Source: Eubacteriales bacterium (lineage in GTDB: Bacteria; Bacillota; Clostridia; Oscillospirales; CAG-272). Taken from it: a DNA stretch of 56,819 bases. The notes beneath the pieces are model-generated. The model was not told the DNA's origin. It was given only the letters and a program-made list of their open reading frames with translations, and searched no databases. How positions within the stretch are numbered: position 1 is the first letter of the stretch; every line of letters begins with the position of its first letter. The DNA lies in the NCBI GenBank assembly GCA_045652665.1, contig JAZRUS010000054.1, positions 1-56,819 of the forward strand, given 5' to 3'. The translations under genes and the position numbers were made by a program. Below are positions 55,080 to 56,819 of this stretch, piece by piece.

Positions 55080-56573
55080 TTACTGTGAGTATTTCATTTT
55101 TATCTCTTCCTTAAGGGTGGAGAGATGATAGAAGGAGAAGCCTATGTAAAGCACAGCGCACGCTGTAACTACTATGTTGAACCACGGAATTGCGGGCGCG
55201 GTCATAATAGGCATCGTAACGTCGGTTATATCGCTGAATATTATTTGAACGTCTCCGCTTAAGAAGGTATCGAGGCATTTTACCGCTCCCAGAAGTATCG
55301 CTATAGACATAAGAACGTAATTCCGTCTGATCAGCGCGGAATGATATTCCTTCTCCATTAGGGAATATCTGTCACTGTCCACGGGAACTCCGGTATGTGA
55401 GAGGGTCATACGGTTGAGAGCCTTTGTGAACGTTACCAAAAATACAGCCAAAGCAATAAATTCCAAAACTGCCGACAGCTCAACGAAAAGATAAAGTCTT
55501 ACTGCCGATGGAGTATCCAATAGATCGGCGTACCCGTATTCCGACGCGAAAATTACGGTAAATACGTAGGCGGCTATAGCGAGTACGGTGTACAGAGCGC
55601 CGCTGACGTAGCCTGCCTTTGTAACTTGCGCATGACGTCTGATAAGGTGATATGCTACGAGCATAAGCACGCCGTGTATAAAATGGGGAAGGAGATTAAT
55701 ATTGTCCCAATCGCTCATTGATAGCTCTGGCGTAAACAGTGAGATTACGGATACAAAAGTAAGAAGCGAAAGAATTGAACGAAGCTTCGTTCTTTTTTCG
55801 TATCTTTCTTTGCCGGTCTCGTTTTGCATTGATTCAAGCGCGGAGTCGAATGATCCCTGAATATACACGTTGAAGGAGTATTTTTTCACCCTCATAAACC
55901 ATACGATACCGATCAACAGACCAACAAGCTGAGAAATAACGAGTACGTACGGATAGAATTTTGATATTGATACGATGTGACCCTTGTCGGTTATTCTTGT
56001 AAGAAGGAACATATCGGGTATCGTCGATATAGCCGCCTTGCAAATAAAGAAGAAGACGGTGAGGCTCTTTACGGAATCGGCGGAAATATCAAATTTGCGT
56101 TTTTTGCTGATCTCAGTATCGTCGCCCTTGTATTTTTTCGTATCCTCCGACCTACCGTGCGGGTCTGCGTTTAACGGGAGAATCAGAGCAGATGCCGAGG
56201 TGCGCTCTCCGAGATGAAACAGAGCGAGAAATATGTTTCTTGCCGTGGGAATAAGGAACAGCAGCTCTATCACTGCAAAAGAGAAGGAAACGAGAGCGAA
56301 AATGTTGTTATCGCTCGTGTCGCGCCTGCGGACGAACAAAATAAAGAGATTGCCCAGAATTTTTGCCAGGTTGACCCAGCCGAGCTTAATAAATCCCGAT
56401 CTCGCCTCCTCAAAGTAAGGTGCAGAATTCGCGGCTCTTTCAAAAAGGCGCGCGAGGATAAACCAGGCTATAAAGTCAGGCATAAGGTCTACTACGTTCA
56501 GATTTGGGTTCAGGAGTATTACAAAGCTGAATATAAGCAGAAGATAAAATCTTCTGGATGTAATTTTTTCCAT
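55080..56573 (-). CDS. Polytopic membrane protein of unknown function
   Basis: 497 aa with many TM segments and repeated DLMPD/NLLPH motif. Confidence 0.8.
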   Translation of the reverse strand: MEKITSRRFYLLLIFSFVILLNPNLNVVDLMPDFIAWFILARLFERAANSAPYFEEARSGFIKLGWVNLAKILGNLFILFVRRRDTSDNNIFALVSFSFAVIELLFLIPTARNIFLALFHLGERTSASALILPLNADPHGRSEDTKKYKGDDTEISKKRKFDISADSVKSLTVFFFICKAAISTIPDMFLLTRITDKGHIVSISKFYPYVLVISQLVGLLIGIVWFMRVKKYSFNVYIQGSFDSALESMQNETGKERYEKRTKLRSILSLLTFVSVISLFTPELSMSDWDNINLLPHFIHGVLMLVAYHLIRRHAQVTKAGYVSGALYTVLAIAAYVFTVIFASEYGYADLLDTPSAVRLYLFVELSAVLEFIALAVFLVTFTKALNRMTLSHTGVPVDSDRYSLMEKEYHSALIRRNYVLMSIAILLGAVKCLDTFLSGDVQIIFSDITDVTMPIMTAPAIPWFNIVVTACAVLYIGFSFYHLSTLKEEIKMKYSQ

Positions 56574-56576
56574 ACG

Positions 56577-56819
56577 TTATTTCTTCTTCTTTTTTGATAT
56601 CTTTTTCTTGAAGCGTTCGAGCTTGTATTCGGCATATTCGCGTTGCTTTTGTGCCGTGTGCTCTCGGTGCTTATTTATAAAGGAGAATCTTGACGGCTTG
56701 TCCTCCGTCTCGTTATCCACCTCGTCGGGCATACAGATATGCATATACGCGGAATAAAGAGTAACGAGATTTACCGCAACGTATATCAAAGTCGGAGGCC
56801 AAGCGGTCTTAGGAAGACA
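56577..56819 (-). CDS. C-terminal part of a membrane protein (partial)
   Basis: Hydrophobic segment, YMHICMP and a basic tail; ends 3 nt before the next gene and probably starts beyond the window. Confidence 0.6.
   Translation of the reverse strand, partial: CLPKTAWPPTLIYVAVNLVTLYSAYMHICMPDEVDNETEDKPSRFSFINKHREHTAQKQREYAEYKLERFKKKISKKKKK

Overview
Chromosomal segment of a spore-forming Clostridia-type Firmicute (spoIIR, serS with T-box, smpB, murA, pdxK, cadC/cadA, gmk-like). Three accessory regions are anchored at tRNA genes. (1) Bases 1-~2470 are the end of an AT-rich island next to tRNA-Pro(TGG), with the 3' end of a group IIC intron and a DUF4238 gene. (2) A ~21.4 kb integrative mobilisable element (20315-41674) splits tRNA-Ser(CGA) at the anticodon loop and appears to carry its own complete replacement tRNA-Ser. 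Its backbone is a tyrosine integrase, Xis, relaxase/MobC, AAA_25 helicase and LexA. Its cargo is an ~11.5 kb operon (HTH, membrane ImmA-like peptidase, GrpE-like, atypical Hsp70, AAA ATPase, membrane protein, TPR/Cys-rich protein, radical SAM-SPASM) bracketed by a ~65 bp direct repeat, plus an HTH-HipA fusion. (3) An AT-rich islet between tRNA-Leu and tRNA-Trp holds a TIR/SEFIR gene, pseudogenes, multi-hairpin repeats and a single-ORF IS3-like transposase. The core region also has an unusual 8-gene lipid operon: two acyl-AMP ligases, two ACP domains, an MFS transporter, two PlsC enzymes, an LRAT-PPTase fusion and a hydrolase. All calls come from motif recognition by eye; no searches were run.
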